From the NCBI GenBank assembly GCA_027038835.1, contig JALWGC010000011.1, positions 12,837 to 76,836 on the forward strand: a stretch of 64,000 nt of DNA, in the 5' to 3' direction. Of this stretch, positions 1 through 10,146 are shown piece by piece (positions within the stretch are counted from its first letter, which is position 1; each line of letters begins with the position of its first letter). The position numbers and the translations under genes were made by a program. Source of the stretch: Helicobacteraceae bacterium. GTDB taxonomy: Bacteria > Campylobacterota > Campylobacteria > Campylobacterales > Sulfurimonadaceae. The notes beneath the pieces are model-generated. The model was given only the letters and a program-made list of their open reading frames with translations, had not been told where the DNA came from and did not search any database.

Positions 1-1806
1 CTGTTACGCAACGAGAAATTCATAGACTGTAACGAAGCGACAATCAAGATGCTGGGTTACAAATCCAAAGAGGAGTTTTTAAATACCCATCCCTCCAAGT
101 TGAGCCCCCCGCAACAACCTGACGGTAGAGATTCGTTCGAAAAAGCCGAAGAGATGATGAAAATAGCCAAAGAGAGAGGGAGTCACCATTTCGAGTGGAT
201 GCATCTGCGAAGTAACGGCGAGGAGTTTTGGGTCGATGTCGTTTTGACCAAGCTCTACATAGACAACAAAGAGACGATTCATGTCAGATGGATAGATATC
301 ACCGAGCTCAAAGCGACTCAACAGCAGCTGGAGAGAGAAACGAGAAAAGCGATAGAAGCCAACAAAGCGAAGTCGGAATTTCTCTCCAATATGAGCCACG
401 AAATACGAACCCCCATGAATGCCATTATAGGGTTTACCGAACTACTCGAAGAGCAGCTGAGTGAACCAAAACTAAAATCATACGTCAGAACCATCAAAAA
501 TGCGGGAAATTCTTTACTAATGCTTATCAACGACATACTTGACCTTTCCAAAATCGAAGCTGGAAAACTGAGTATAGAGAAAAAACCGACCGATATTTTC
601 AAGCTTGCCGAAGAGATAGAGTCCGTTTTTATTCTCGAAGTGCAAAAAAAAGGGCTTGATTTGCTTGTCGATATCGATAGAACGATTCCTGCGTCGCTTT
701 ATCTCGATGAAGTTCGTTTGCGGCAGATACTTTTCAACCTTGTCGGCAATGCGGTGAAATTCACCCAAAAAGGTCATATAGCGCTTCGCATTTACCCTTC
801 GTCGGAGAAAACGAAAAGCTCCAAACTCGACCTTGTTGTTGAAGTTGAAGATACCGGCATAGGGATTCCAAAAGAGCAGTGTAAACGGATTTTCAACAAG
901 TTCGAGCAGGCGGACGGTCACGATACGAAAAAGTTTGGGGGAACGGGACTTGGACTGGCTATTTCGAGCAAGTTGGCGACTATGATGGGTGGTGAGCTTG
1001 GCGTCAAGAGTGAAGAGGGTAAAGGTTCTACGTTCTTTTTGAAGCTTTCTGACATCGAGGTCGCTTCGATTGTCGCACAAAACGAATCTTTCGTATCCTC
1101 TTTCAAGCCGCAGCAGGAGTTCGTTTTCAAAAAAGCAAAAGTGCTAATAGCGGACGATGTGGAAGACAACCGAAATTTGATAGTCAAAAATTTCGAAAAT
1201 ACACAAGTGGAAGTGATAACCGCGTCAAACGGTGCCGAAGCGGTAGAGCTTGTAAAAAATGAAAAACCGGATGTCGTTTTGATGGATATTCGGATGCCGG
1301 TGATGGATGGGTACGAAGCTACCGCCATCATCAAGCAAGAAACCGATATCCCCGTTATCGCCCTTACGGCATCCGTTTTGAAAAAAGAAGAAAACGACGA
1401 ACGTGAAAACGGAATTTTTGACGGATTTTTAAGAAAACCGGTACTTCGAGGCGAGCTTTTTGCGATGTTGGCGAAGTTTCTGCCGTACGAGCGTTTACGT
1501 CGAAGTCCCCAAGAAGAGGAGAAAGAGGAACTTTTTTCCGCAGAAGTAAAAGAGCATATAGGAACGATTCGGGCTATTTTCACAGAGAAAATCATCCCGT
1601 TGAAAAACAAAGCGGCAAAAAGCAACAATATTTCCGAAATCCAGATGTTGGCATCCGTGCTTGAGGAAGTGGCAAGAACGTACAATATCGATTTTATCGA
1701 AGAATTCGCATCACAACTTGAAAATGCCGTGGATGTTTTCGATATTGCCGAAATTGAAAGATTGTTTATAAAATTCGATACAATTGCGCAAAAAATACAG
1801 GAGTGA
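1..1806 (+). CDS. hybrid sensor histidine kinase/response regulator (PAS-HisKA-HATPase-REC); 5' end cut by window edge
   Basis: Frame 1 is open from nt 1 (LLRNEKFIDCNEATIK precedes the Met at 49), so the gene starts upstream. PAS-like N-terminus. H-box SHEIRTPMNAI. ATPase boxes DTGIGI and GGTGLGLAI. Receiver domain follows (ADDVEDN..LMDIRMPVMDG..RKP). Confidence 0.85.
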   Translation: MLRNEKFIDCNEATIKMLGYKSKEEFLNTHPSKLSPPQQPDGRDSFEKAEEMMKIAKERGSHHFEWMHLRSNGEEFWVDVVLTKLYIDNKETIHVRWIDITELKATQQQLERETRKAIEANKAKSEFLSNMSHEIRTPMNAIIGFTELLEEQLSEPKLKSYVRTIKNAGNSLLMLINDILDLSKIEAGKLSIEKKPTDIFKLAEEIESVFILEVQKKGLDLLVDIDRTIPASLYLDEVRLRQILFNLVGNAVKFTQKGHIALRIYPSSEKTKSSKLDLVVEVEDTGIGIPKEQCKRIFNKFEQADGHDTKKFGGTGLGLAISSKLATMMGGELGVKSEEGKGSTFFLKLSDIEVASIVAQNESFVSSFKPQQEFVFKKAKVLIADDVEDNRNLIVKNFENTQVEVITASNGAEAVELVKNEKPDVVLMDIRMPVMDGYEATAIIKQETDIPVIALTASVLKKEENDERENGIFDGFLRKPVLRGELFAMLAKFLPYERLRRSPQEEEKEELFSAEVKEHIGTIRAIFTEKIIPLKNKAAKSNNISEIQMLASVLEEVARTYNIDFIEEFASQLENAVDVFDIAEIERLFIKFDTIAQKIQE

Positions 1807-1808
1807 CA

Positions 1809-2132
1809 ATGACGAGTGTATTGCTTGAGTTTTCGATGTTTCCAACTTCGGACGATTGTAGAGAAGGTGCGAGTGTTTCCAAACAAGTAAGCAAGATTAT
1901 CGACATGATAGACAAAAGCGGTTATGCTTACAAGCTTACTCCTATGGGAACGGTCGTCGAGACGCAAAGTATCAAAGAAGCGCTTGGTATCATTGAAAAA
2001 GCGTACGAACAGCTCGATTGCGAGCGAGTTTACAGCGCGTTGAAATTCGACATACGTAAAAACACTACAAACAGACTAAAATCGAAAATAGCCTCGGTTG
2101 AAAAGAATCTTGGTAAAGAGGTTTGTAAGTAA
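1809..2132 (+). CDS. MTH1187/YkoF-like (DUF77) thiamine-binding family protein
   Basis: ATG at 1809 lies 6 nt after AGGAG and just after the kinase stop (the track start at 1803 is a GTG). Small alpha/beta protein with the pattern EFSMFP...KLTPMGTVVE typical of this family. Confidence 0.65.
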   Translation: MTSVLLEFSMFPTSDDCREGASVSKQVSKIIDMIDKSGYAYKLTPMGTVVETQSIKEALGIIEKAYEQLDCERVYSALKFDIRKNTTNRLKSKIASVEKNLGKEVCK

Positions 2133-2188
2133 GTTTTAGAGTTTTATTATTTGCATGAAAGTATAATGCGCCAAACAAAACAGGGCAG

Positions 2189-3904
2189 ATGATGGAAGCG
2201 ACACAAGAAAAAAAACTAAACAGAAGAGAAACCTACAAAGCGCGGCAAAAGCCGTACGATTACTATCTCAAAGAGTTCGATACGATCGATTTTGAAAATC
2301 TTGGAGAGGGAGACAGGTACTATCTGCAAGATTTCGGCATCTTCAACACCGAGTTCTTGGAAGATGAGTTTACCGTGCGTGTGCGTGTAGCCGGAGGGAG
2401 GATTTCGCTTGAAGATTTCATCGAACTTTCACAAATCGTCGAGGAGTTCGACCTAACTATCGTTTTGACTGCAAGATGCGGTATTCAGTTACATGATGTC
2501 TATGCCGACGACGTTTTGGAGGTGTGGCAGCGGGTCAACACTTTGGAAAGCGTTACGACTTGGCAGAGCTTTGGCGATAACGTTCGAAATATCGTAACCG
2601 ATGTCTATGACGGTTTGCTTGAGGACTCCCACATAGAGTGTTATCCGCTTATCAAGCAGATGCAAGACTACATCATCCAAAATCCGAAATATGTCGGGAT
2701 GCTTCCTCGCCGCGTTTCGATTGGGATTTCCGGAAACGAGACGAATATCACTTCGTTTTTCGCCAACGACGTCTATTTCGCTTTGGCAAAAAAAGGGGAG
2801 AACTACGGCTTTAACGTCTATATGGGTGGAAAGAACACCGAAACGGCGCAAGATGCGGATATATTTCTAAAAGAAGAGGACGTTTTTGCGTTTTACAAGG
2901 CGTTTTTGGAAACTTTTTATGAACATGGGTCGCGCTACTCTCGCAGTAAAACACGGCTGTTCTATTTTATAGAAGAGCATGGTATGGAACATCTTCGTTC
3001 TCTCATAGAGGGGTATTTCGGCAAAAGTTTCGAAAGTGCGGGTGAGTTGGTGTTGAAAAAAGGCGGTTTTAGCGAGTTCAAAGAGCTTGCAGACGGTACG
3101 TTTGGGTATTGTTATCAAACGGACTTTTCAAAACTCGATGCCAAAGAGATGAAACAAATCGCCGAGTTCGTAAAAGATAATGCAAAAGAGCTTCGTTTCG
3201 GGATGGATCAAAACATCCATATCATCGGTCTAAAAACAAAAGATGTCCCATTTAGCGCACCGGCAAACAGTTCGACGGTTGTAGCTTGTGCGGGTAATCT
3301 TTGCCCGTATGCGGTATGGAGCATCAAAGGGGAGACGAAGTACTTGCCGCTTGAACTTATACAACAGCACTCCATCTATGTCGGTTTTAGCGGCTGTGCC
3401 AAGGGGTGTGGCAGACATAGACATACCGACATCGGGCTTATAGGTCTTAAAACCAACAATTTCGGCGATGTCGAGGGGGGATGCCGTATATTTCTTGGAG
3501 CGGAGCATACATACGGTAAAAGTGTCGGACGTGAGCTTTTCTCGATGGTGCCTTTTCCCCATCTAAACGACGTGGTTACACTCATAATAGAGTTGTTTTT
3601 AGCACATGATATGGAAAATTTCGAAGAGTACTCGGCAAAGGTGCTTCGTTACTATTCCAACAGATTTTTGGCGCTTTGGCACATAGCTAACTTGGAGCGG
3701 GGCGAAAAAGTTCCTTTGCCTTTACAAGAAAAAGAGTTGACGTTAGAAGAGGAAAAAACGCTTCTTTTAGAGACGTTTGAAGGGTTCGAACTTATAGAGG
3801 AGGACTTTTTCAAAACACTCAGCCAGAAAGCGAAAGAGCTTTGGACAATCGAAGGGAAAGACCCGAAATACAAACCACCGATAGAGCGAACTTCGTTCCG
3901 TTAA
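2189..3904 (+). CDS. nitrite/sulfite reductase family hemoprotein (siroheme + 4Fe-4S type)
   Basis: 571 aa. Carries the paired Cys motifs of NiR/SiR enzymes (CAGNLC and GCAKGCG) after duplicated NiR/SiR ferredoxin-like halves. Substrate cannot be assigned from sequence alone. Confidence 0.7.
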   Translation: MMEATQEKKLNRRETYKARQKPYDYYLKEFDTIDFENLGEGDRYYLQDFGIFNTEFLEDEFTVRVRVAGGRISLEDFIELSQIVEEFDLTIVLTARCGIQLHDVYADDVLEVWQRVNTLESVTTWQSFGDNVRNIVTDVYDGLLEDSHIECYPLIKQMQDYIIQNPKYVGMLPRRVSIGISGNETNITSFFANDVYFALAKKGENYGFNVYMGGKNTETAQDADIFLKEEDVFAFYKAFLETFYEHGSRYSRSKTRLFYFIEEHGMEHLRSLIEGYFGKSFESAGELVLKKGGFSEFKELADGTFGYCYQTDFSKLDAKEMKQIAEFVKDNAKELRFGMDQNIHIIGLKTKDVPFSAPANSSTVVACAGNLCPYAVWSIKGETKYLPLELIQQHSIYVGFSGCAKGCGRHRHTDIGLIGLKTNNFGDVEGGCRIFLGAEHTYGKSVGRELFSMVPFPHLNDVVTLIIELFLAHDMENFEEYSAKVLRYYSNRFLALWHIANLERGEKVPLPLQEKELTLEEEKTLLLETFEGFELIEEDFFKTLSQKAKELWTIEGKDPKYKPPIERTSFR

Positions 3905-4062
3905 GAGGGGGCTTTATCGCTCTTTCTTGTCGCTTTTTAAGATAAAGAAGAAAAAAGCGGCTATGACTACAAGTATCGCAGTTCGCGTAATGATAGTCGA
4001 TGCGTCCAAATTGTCTTGTAGCATTGTAGTGCCTTTGTTTTTTAAGTAGTAGGAGAATGTTT

Positions 4063-4137
4063 GTGGATGGGGTAGAGGGACTCGAACCCCCGAATGACTG
4101 GACCAAAACCAGTTGCCTTACCACTTGGCGATACCCC
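4063..4137 (-). tRNA. tRNA-Gln (anticodon UUG), CCA encoded
   Basis: Reverse complement TGGGGTATCGCCAAGTGGTAAGGCAACTGGTTTTGGTCCAGT...TACCCCATCCA folds as a cloverleaf. Anticodon stem is ACTGG/CCAGT, loop TTTTGGT. Confidence 0.9.
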
Positions 4138-4143
4138 AATGAA

Positions 4144-4220
<77 letters not shown>

Positions 4221-4247
4221 GATATTTTAGAACGTTAATTGATGGAA

Positions 4248-4322
4248 GTGGATGGGGTAGAGGGACTCGAACCCCCGAATGACTGGACCAAAACCAGTTG
4301 CCTTACCACTTGGCGATACCCC
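4248..4322 (-). tRNA. tRNA-Gln (anticodon UUG), second identical copy
   Basis: Sequence identical to the copy at 4063-4137. Confidence 0.9.
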
Positions 4323-4335
4323 AATAAAGAGCATT

Positions 4336-4412
<77 letters not shown>

Positions 4413-4548
4413 GATATATTGCGCATTTGCAAGTGTTTTCTTGCGTCCATCAATTAATGGAGTGGAATTATAGAAAATTTTTCTTTAAATGTCAAGAGCT
4501 TGAGGGGAAGAATTGTAAAAATATTGGTATAATACCATCAAAAGAAAT

Positions 4549-5592
4549 ATGAAAAGAGATTGTATGACACCTATTGAACGAGTCAAAGAGGCGATAGAAG
4601 AGATCAAAAAAGGGAAAATGGTCATTATGGCCGATGATGAAGACAGAGAAAACGAAGGTGATTTGGTATATGCCGCCGCTTTCTCGACTCCAGAACATGT
4701 CAATTTCATGGCAAAAGAAGCGCGGGGACTCATCTGCGTCGCCGTTACGAAAGAGATAGCCAAGCGGCTTGAACTCGTACCGATGGTAAACACGAACACT
4801 TCGATGCACGAAACCGCTTTTACCATCTCTGTCGATGCCAAAGACGCCAAAACCGGCATATCTGCATATGAAAGAGATATGACGATCAAAATTTTGGCAA
4901 ACCCTATAAGCAAACCGGATGAACTGGTCAAACCCGGACATATCTTTCCCCTTATCGCCAAAGACGGAGGCGTGCTTGTGAGAACGGGGCATACCGAAGG
5001 GAGTGTCGATCTTTGTCGCTTGGCGGGGCTTGCTCCAAGCGCGGTCATTTGCGAAATCATCAAAGATGACGGAGGGATGGCGCGCAGGGACGATTTGGAA
5101 AAATTCGCCAAAAAACACGACCTAAAAACCGTTTATATTTCAGACCTTGTGGAGTACCGTTTGGCGAACGAAAGGCTGCTCGAGCTCAAAGAGGAAGAGG
5201 AGATGGAGTTTTTCGGCGTGAAAGTGGAGAAAAAAGTGTTTATCGACCATGAAGGGATAGAGCATACCGCTATCGTATTTTACAATGTAAAAGCGCACTC
5301 CAACGTCAAGGTTCACAATGTCATCCCCGATATGGAACTACTGCTCAATCAGAAAAAATACAAAGAGCTTGTCGCGTCCATCGAGTATCTTAAAAACAAC
5401 GGAGGGGTGTTGGTGTTCATAAACAAGCCAAAACATCACGAAGATTCGACTATGAAAGAGTTCGGCATAGGTGCGCAGATACTCAAAGAGCTTGGAGTGG
5501 AGAAGATGGATTTGCTGACAGCTTCCAAAAAGACCGACTTTGTCGGTCTTGGAGGATTTGGGTTGGAGATAGAAAAAACTATAACTTTATAG
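4549..5592 (+). CDS. ribB: 3,4-dihydroxy-2-butanone-4-phosphate synthase with a C-terminal GTP-cyclohydrolase-II-like (apparently degenerate) domain
   Basis: N-terminal half has the DHBP synthase signature (DDEDRENEGDLV, TGISAYERD, RTGHTEGSVDL). C-terminal ~140 aa is RibA-sized but contains no Cys at all. The start could also be the Met at 4564. Confidence 0.85.
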   Translation: MKRDCMTPIERVKEAIEEIKKGKMVIMADDEDRENEGDLVYAAAFSTPEHVNFMAKEARGLICVAVTKEIAKRLELVPMVNTNTSMHETAFTISVDAKDAKTGISAYERDMTIKILANPISKPDELVKPGHIFPLIAKDGGVLVRTGHTEGSVDLCRLAGLAPSAVICEIIKDDGGMARRDDLEKFAKKHDLKTVYISDLVEYRLANERLLELKEEEEMEFFGVKVEKKVFIDHEGIEHTAIVFYNVKAHSNVKVHNVIPDMELLLNQKKYKELVASIEYLKNNGGVLVFINKPKHHEDSTMKEFGIGAQILKELGVEKMDLLTASKKTDFVGLGGFGLEIEKTITL

Positions 5593-7518
5593 TCAATCTT
5601 TTTTCGCTCCGCAGAAGTATCTCTCCGCAGAGCCTTTCCCGACGTACACTATGATGAATCTTCCACTTATGGTGTTGTCTATCGAGTGGATTCTTATATG
5701 TTCGTTGGTGTGTATCTCGGTACTTGAAGGGATATCCTCTCCGCTGAAATAGAACGAAATTCCCTCATCGCTTATATCGAATATATAGGCATCTATTTGC
5801 TTCGAACCTAATTTCACTTTCGCTTTTTTCGGCGGAGAAACGATGGTGCGTTTGGCTTTTCTTTTATTGAGAATCACTTCGAAGTTGTCGCTAAGGCTTT
5901 TGAGCTCCGCACTTTCTTGCATGATTTCGTTGATGATTTGGTCGAGGTTTTGAGAATCTTTGTACGCTTTTTTCGATTGTTCGTTAACCACTTCGAGTTT
6001 TTCACTTGTGGTTTGAAGCTTGTCGTTTTGTTCGACGAACTGCTCTTCGAAGCTGTCTATCGCTTCGATGGTGGTGTTGAGCGTTTTTTCGATATCGTTG
6101 AATTTTTCGTTGAGTTTTTGTGTCGTTTCTTCAAGCTGCGTGAAAACCTCTTTCGTTTTTTGCGCATCGTCGGTAACGGTGTAGATGCTTTGTGTGATGT
6201 TTTGGATAACACCTTTTATGAGGTTCGCGCTTTGTGCCGATTTTTCGGCAAGTTGGCGCACTTCGTCCGCTACGACGGCGAACCCTCGCCCATGCTCACC
6301 TGCACGTGCGGCTTCGATGGCGGCATTGAGAGCCAGCAGGTTGGTTTGCTCGGCTATGTCGGAAATAGCGTCAACCGTATGCGCCACCTCGTCAGAAAGG
6401 GTAGAGAGCGCTTCGATGGAGCTGATGGTCTGCTCCATCGATTGTGCGGCTTGGTCGGTTTGTGTGAGGTTTTGCGTTAAAGCGTCTTTCCCCTCGTTTA
6501 CGCTTGTAAGGGAGTTGGATGATTGCCATTTGATGTTCTCCATCTGTGCAAGAAGCGATTTACTGCCGTGGTTGACCTCTTCGATGTAGCGGATGGAATC
6601 ATCGACTATCTCTTTTTGCCGGAGTAGTCCATCTTTGTTCGCAGCTACTTTGATAGTGGCATAAGAAGCATCGAACGTTATTTGTTTGGACTGTGAAACC
6701 ACTTTGGAGATGACCGGTCTGAGATTGTCGGCAACGCGGTAGAGGTGGCGGATGATTCTGTCTATTTCGTTTTGTGTCTTTTGTGTTCGTTCTTTTTCGC
6801 TGACAAGGTCGTTCAAGATGAAGTTTCCGTTTTCTATTCTAAAGGTGATATCCAAAATCTTTTGCACCCGTTTAGATATTTCGAAGTAGAAGTACAGCTG
6901 AATCGCCAAAACGACGAGGAAAATGTTCAAAAACCAGTTCAAACCCATGATAAAGAGGTTGGAATCGAGTGCATTGCGATAATCGATGGTGTCTATTTTG
7001 GCGTTTTCCGTCGCTATGACAACCCCGGGAGTCCACGTAGGGTGGCAAGCTTTACACCTTTCTTCCGCTTTGATAGGGCGCGCTACGACAAAAAGTTCTT
7101 TGCCCTTTTCATGTGCGAACAATTCGGTCTGTTTTTCGTCGAGATTTTGGTTGAAGTACTCGATAAGTCGCTCTTCGTACGGGAGCGCTTTGTTTCGCTG
7201 GAGCATAGGGTTTTTCGAAGCTTGTTTGAAAAACACTTTCCCCCCGCTGATGTCGGTGAATTTTTTGAACACCTCGTTTTGAATCACTTGGGGGATTTCG
7301 GGGCTTTCTCCGCTGAAGAACTTTTCGTTTCTACTTTGGAACAAGACATCGGCGAAATTGAGCACCATCTCCCCTTGGTTTTTCAGATTGCCAAGAAGTG
7401 CGTTTTTGTTTTCCGTATAGAGTTTGAAATAAGCCGCACTCGTTACGATGATGATGACGACAGAGACGATGATACCGGCTGCCGATGCGAGTTTGAGTTT
7501 GCGAAAAAACGATACCAT
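5593..7518 (-). CDS. methyl-accepting chemotaxis protein with periplasmic CxxCH sensor domain and C-terminal PilZ-like domain
   Basis: Two TM segments bracket a ~160-aa periplasmic region containing CKACH (nt 7042-7056). MCP signalling hairpin is present ([35 protein letters not shown]). C-terminal 90 aa carry RKAKR and DISDEG, i.e. the RxxxR / DxSxxG PilZ motifs. Confidence 0.85.
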   Translation of the reverse strand: MVSFFRKLKLASAAGIIVSVVIIIVTSAAYFKLYTENKNALLGNLKNQGEMVLNFADVLFQSRNEKFFSGESPEIPQVIQNEVFKKFTDISGGKVFFKQASKNPMLQRNKALPYEERLIEYFNQNLDEKQTELFAHEKGKELFVVARPIKAEERCKACHPTWTPGVVIATENAKIDTIDYRNALDSNLFIMGLNWFLNIFLVVLAIQLYFYFEISKRVQKILDITFRIENGNFILNDLVSEKERTQKTQNEIDRIIRHLYRVADNLRPVISKVVSQSKQITFDASYATIKVAANKDGLLRQKEIVDDSIRYIEEVNHGSKSLLAQMENIKWQSSNSLTSVNEGKDALTQNLTQTDQAAQSMEQTISSIEALSTLSDEVAHTVDAISDIAEQTNLLALNAAIEAARAGEHGRGFAVVADEVRQLAEKSAQSANLIKGVIQNITQSIYTVTDDAQKTKEVFTQLEETTQKLNEKFNDIEKTLNTTIEAIDSFEEQFVEQNDKLQTTSEKLEVVNEQSKKAYKDSQNLDQIINEIMQESAELKSLSDNFEVILNKRKAKRTIVSPPKKAKVKLGSKQIDAYIFDISDEGISFYFSGEDIPSSTEIHTNEHIRIHSIDNTISGRFIIVYVGKGSAERYFCGAKKD

Positions 7519-7633
7519 AAAGCCAAAACCTCCAAAGCGATATATACAATGGACTTATTTTACACGATTTAACTTTAAAACTCTTTGTTTTTGCCGATTT
7601 TTCGATATAATCAAAAGAAAAAACGGTATTTTC

Positions 7634-8326
7634 ATGTTAGAGAACTATATACGCGCGAACAGTTTTATCGAAGTCAATCTTGGTGATATCAGGAATGAAA
7701 GTGAGTTGGAATACCTCGCAAGCGTTTTTGTCAAATTCGACGCTATGAATGAAGAAAACGACGAGGTTGAGAGTTTTTTGGAATTTAAAGAAAAACTTGT
7801 CGATTCTTTGAGCGACAATGCTATCTACATAGGGATGCGTGTCGAGGACGGATGGAGCGAGTTTTATTTCTATTCCAAAGAATCCAAGGGGATAGAACAA
7901 AAAGTCTCGGCGATTTTTAGCGGAAGCGGCTATAAGTACGAAGTGAGTATCACGCGTGATTACAAATGGGACTTCTACTATGAAAATCTTTTCCCTACCG
8001 ATTTGGAACTGTTTTTGATATATAGCAAAAAAATCGTATTACAGATGATGGGTGAGGGGGATGATGTTTCGCTTCCAAGAGAGGTGGAGCATTATGTCAG
8101 TTTCGATACCGCAAGTCAGAAAGAACGCTTTTTGAAAGAGATAGAAGAGATAGGGTTTCGCTACAAAGACGACGTCGATAACAAAGAACTCGCTCATGCC
8201 GTCGCCATCGCCAAAGAACATGCACTCGACCAAGACAGCCTGCAAAGAAACATAGACCTTCTTTTGCAGCGTATCAAAAAAGATCACGGACGTTACGAGC
8301 TTTGGAGTGCCCCTTTGGCCAAATGA
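7634..8326 (+). CDS. DUF695 / RraB-like (RNase E inhibitor family) two-domain protein
   Basis: I start at the ATG at 7634, because the longer track ORF runs back into the MCP gene on the other strand. The pattern GMRVEDGWSEFYFY resembles DUF695. The C-terminal part (REVEHYVSF...GFRY...HGRYELWSAP) resembles RraB. Confidence 0.55.
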   Translation: MLENYIRANSFIEVNLGDIRNESELEYLASVFVKFDAMNEENDEVESFLEFKEKLVDSLSDNAIYIGMRVEDGWSEFYFYSKESKGIEQKVSAIFSGSGYKYEVSITRDYKWDFYYENLFPTDLELFLIYSKKIVLQMMGEGDDVSLPREVEHYVSFDTASQKERFLKEIEEIGFRYKDDVDNKELAHAVAIAKEHALDQDSLQRNIDLLLQRIKKDHGRYELWSAPLAK

Positions 8327-10146
8327 GAACCATTTTTAAAATAGCCGGTTTTACGAACTACCTCATAGTCGTTTTTCTCAACGCTTTTACCGACTTGGGA
8401 CATAAAATAATCATCCAAAATACCGTTTTCAAAGTTTACGACGGACCGCAGCAGATAGTATATACCGCAATCGTGAATGCGCTGATACTGCTTCCTTTCG
8501 TTTTGGTTTTCTCCCCTTCGGGTTTTTTGGCCGATCGTTTCAAAAAAAACCTTATCATGCGAGACGCCGCGCTTTTAGCGGTAGGGATAACGCTTTGTAT
8601 AACCCTTTTTTATTATCTTGGGTGGTTTTATGCGGCGTTTTTTATGACTTTTTTGCTGGCGTTGCAAAGTGCCATCTATTCTCCGGCGAAGTACGGTTAC
8701 ATCAAAGAGCTTGTCGGAGATGAATTTTTAAGTGCCGCAAACGGCGCGGTACAAGCCGTAACTACCGTTTCTATATTGAGCGGTATCATTTTCTACACGG
8801 TACTTTTCGAGTGGCTTTTGCATGACGACTTCATCACCCAAGCGGACGTGTTGCGCCACATCGCTCCTCTTGGATGGCTTTTGGTGTTAGGCTCGCTTGT
8901 AGAGTGGTATCTGGCATCCAAGCTTCCCGATAAACAAATCGAAGCGACGAAACGGCGTTTCGTTTTCGACAAATATATAAAAGGGTACTATCTTTTTAAA
9001 AACCTCAAACTGCTCCGGCGAAAAAAAGAGATATGGGAAAACATTTTGGCTTTGAGCCTTTTTTGGTCGATTTCACAAGTGGTTTTGGCGATTTTTGGAG
9101 AATACGCCAAAACGAATATGCACATTACAAACGCCGTTTATGTTCAAGGGGTGATGGCTCTTGCCGGGTTTGGTATAGTTGCGGGGTCGATTTTGGCTGC
9201 ACGATTGTCGAAGTACTACATCAACGCCGGTATCGCCGTTATGGGTTCGTTAGGAATCGCTTTGGTGGTGTTTGGTATTGTGTTTGTAGGCAATCTCGGT
9301 GTTATAGCGGTGATGTTTTCGCTCTTTGGGGTTTTTAGCGGTTTCATACTCGTCCCGCTCAATGCCAATATTCAGCATCTTAGCCCAAATGTGCATCTTG
9401 GAACTATCCTTGCCGGTAACAACTTCATACAAAATATTTTCATGGTAGCGTTTTTGGTTTTAACGACCGTGTTCGCATATTTCGGTATGGACTCGACGAC
9501 ACTTTTTTTTCTCATGGGAGCGGTCGCGCTCGTTTTGACGCTTATGCTGCTCAAGCGCTATTTCGTACAAACCGTTTGGAGCTTGTTCGAGCTTTTGGCT
9601 GCTCTTCGCTACAAAGTTACCTACGAGGGTTTGCACCACATCCCAAGCGATAAAGCGGTACTGCTTTTGGGTAATCATGTGAGTTGGCTCGATTGGCTGT
9701 TTTTACAACTGCCCCTGCAACGGCGTATCAACTATTTGATAGACAAAGAGATTTACCATAAAGCGCTTTTTCACCCGGTTTTGAAAAAAGGGGAGACGAT
9801 TCCCCTCTCTCGATGGGGTTTCAAAGACGCTATGTCCGAAGCGGTAAAACGGCTGCATAAAGGAAACATCGTAGCGATTTTTCCAGAAGGGGGCATAGAG
9901 AGAAATTGTAAAATAGACCCGTTTCATAGAGGATTCGAACTGATAGAAGAGGGGACATGGGAGGGCGTGCTCGTTCCGTTTTATATAAGCGGGATGGAAG
10001 GAAGCTTGTTTGCAAGGTGCAAACGGGGCAGGAAGTTTCCTTTGCCAAGACGGGAAGTCAAAGTTTGCTTCTTCCCTCCAAAACAAAAAGAGATAAAAGC
10101 CAAAGAGCTTGAAGAATATCTTCGCAAGGAGAGCAGAAAATGCTGA
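8323..10146 (+). CDS. MFS lysophospholipid-transporter-like domain fused to PlsC-type acyltransferase
   Basis: ATG at 8323 overlaps the upstream stop (ATGA). About 12 TM segments are followed by the acyltransferase HX4D motif (NHVSWLDW) and a FPEGG block. Confidence 0.75.
   Translation: MRTIFKIAGFTNYLIVVFLNAFTDLGHKIIIQNTVFKVYDGPQQIVYTAIVNALILLPFVLVFSPSGFLADRFKKNLIMRDAALLAVGITLCITLFYYLGWFYAAFFMTFLLALQSAIYSPAKYGYIKELVGDEFLSAANGAVQAVTTVSILSGIIFYTVLFEWLLHDDFITQADVLRHIAPLGWLLVLGSLVEWYLASKLPDKQIEATKRRFVFDKYIKGYYLFKNLKLLRRKKEIWENILALSLFWSISQVVLAIFGEYAKTNMHITNAVYVQGVMALAGFGIVAGSILAARLSKYYINAGIAVMGSLGIALVVFGIVFVGNLGVIAVMFSLFGVFSGFILVPLNANIQHLSPNVHLGTILAGNNFIQNIFMVAFLVLTTVFAYFGMDSTTLFFLMGAVALVLTLMLLKRYFVQTVWSLFELLAALRYKVTYEGLHHIPSDKAVLLLGNHVSWLDWLFLQLPLQRRINYLIDKEIYHKALFHPVLKKGETIPLSRWGFKDAMSEAVKRLHKGNIVAIFPEGGIERNCKIDPFHRGFELIEEGTWEGVLVPFYISGMEGSLFARCKRGRKFPLPRREVKVCFFPPKQKEIKAKELEEYLRKESRKC

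Noticed and set aside
1500-1806. HPt domain at the C-terminus of the hybrid kinase.
   Set aside because: The region is helical and of the right size, but I see no HxxKG-type phospho-accepting histidine motif.
918-1967. Long antisense or alternative-frame ORFs in the track (for example 918-1967 -, 4485-5118 -, 19897-20913 -, 25233-25928 -, 37449-38300 -, 45673-46413 +, 62233-63060 -).
   Set aside because: Each lies entirely opposite or inside a gene with strong family signatures (kinase, ribB, acnB, secA, sucD, glnS, DUF4015). They have low-complexity or odd composition and no motifs, so they are shadow ORFs.
3471-3480. Homopolymeric G/C tracts as phase-variation switches (G6 at 3475-3480, C6 at 7240-7245, C6 near 104-109).
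   Set aside because: The tracts are only 6 nt long. Campylobacter-type contingency loci normally have 8 or more G/C.
4413-4548. FMN riboswitch upstream of ribB. Also considered: other riboswitches near the thiamine-binding-family gene, mobB and queC.
   Set aside because: The ribB leader is AT-rich with none of the conserved RFN helices. The other genes have no leader space inside the window.
7448-7633. N-terminal extensions of track ORFs (7448, 8302, 11650, 22041, 26120, 30229, 46506, 50635, 51488, 59140, 60780).
   Set aside because: The extensions overlap neighbouring genes or lack family-conserved sequence. Internal ATG/TTG starts with an RBS or a stop-start overlap give proteins that begin where homologous families begin.
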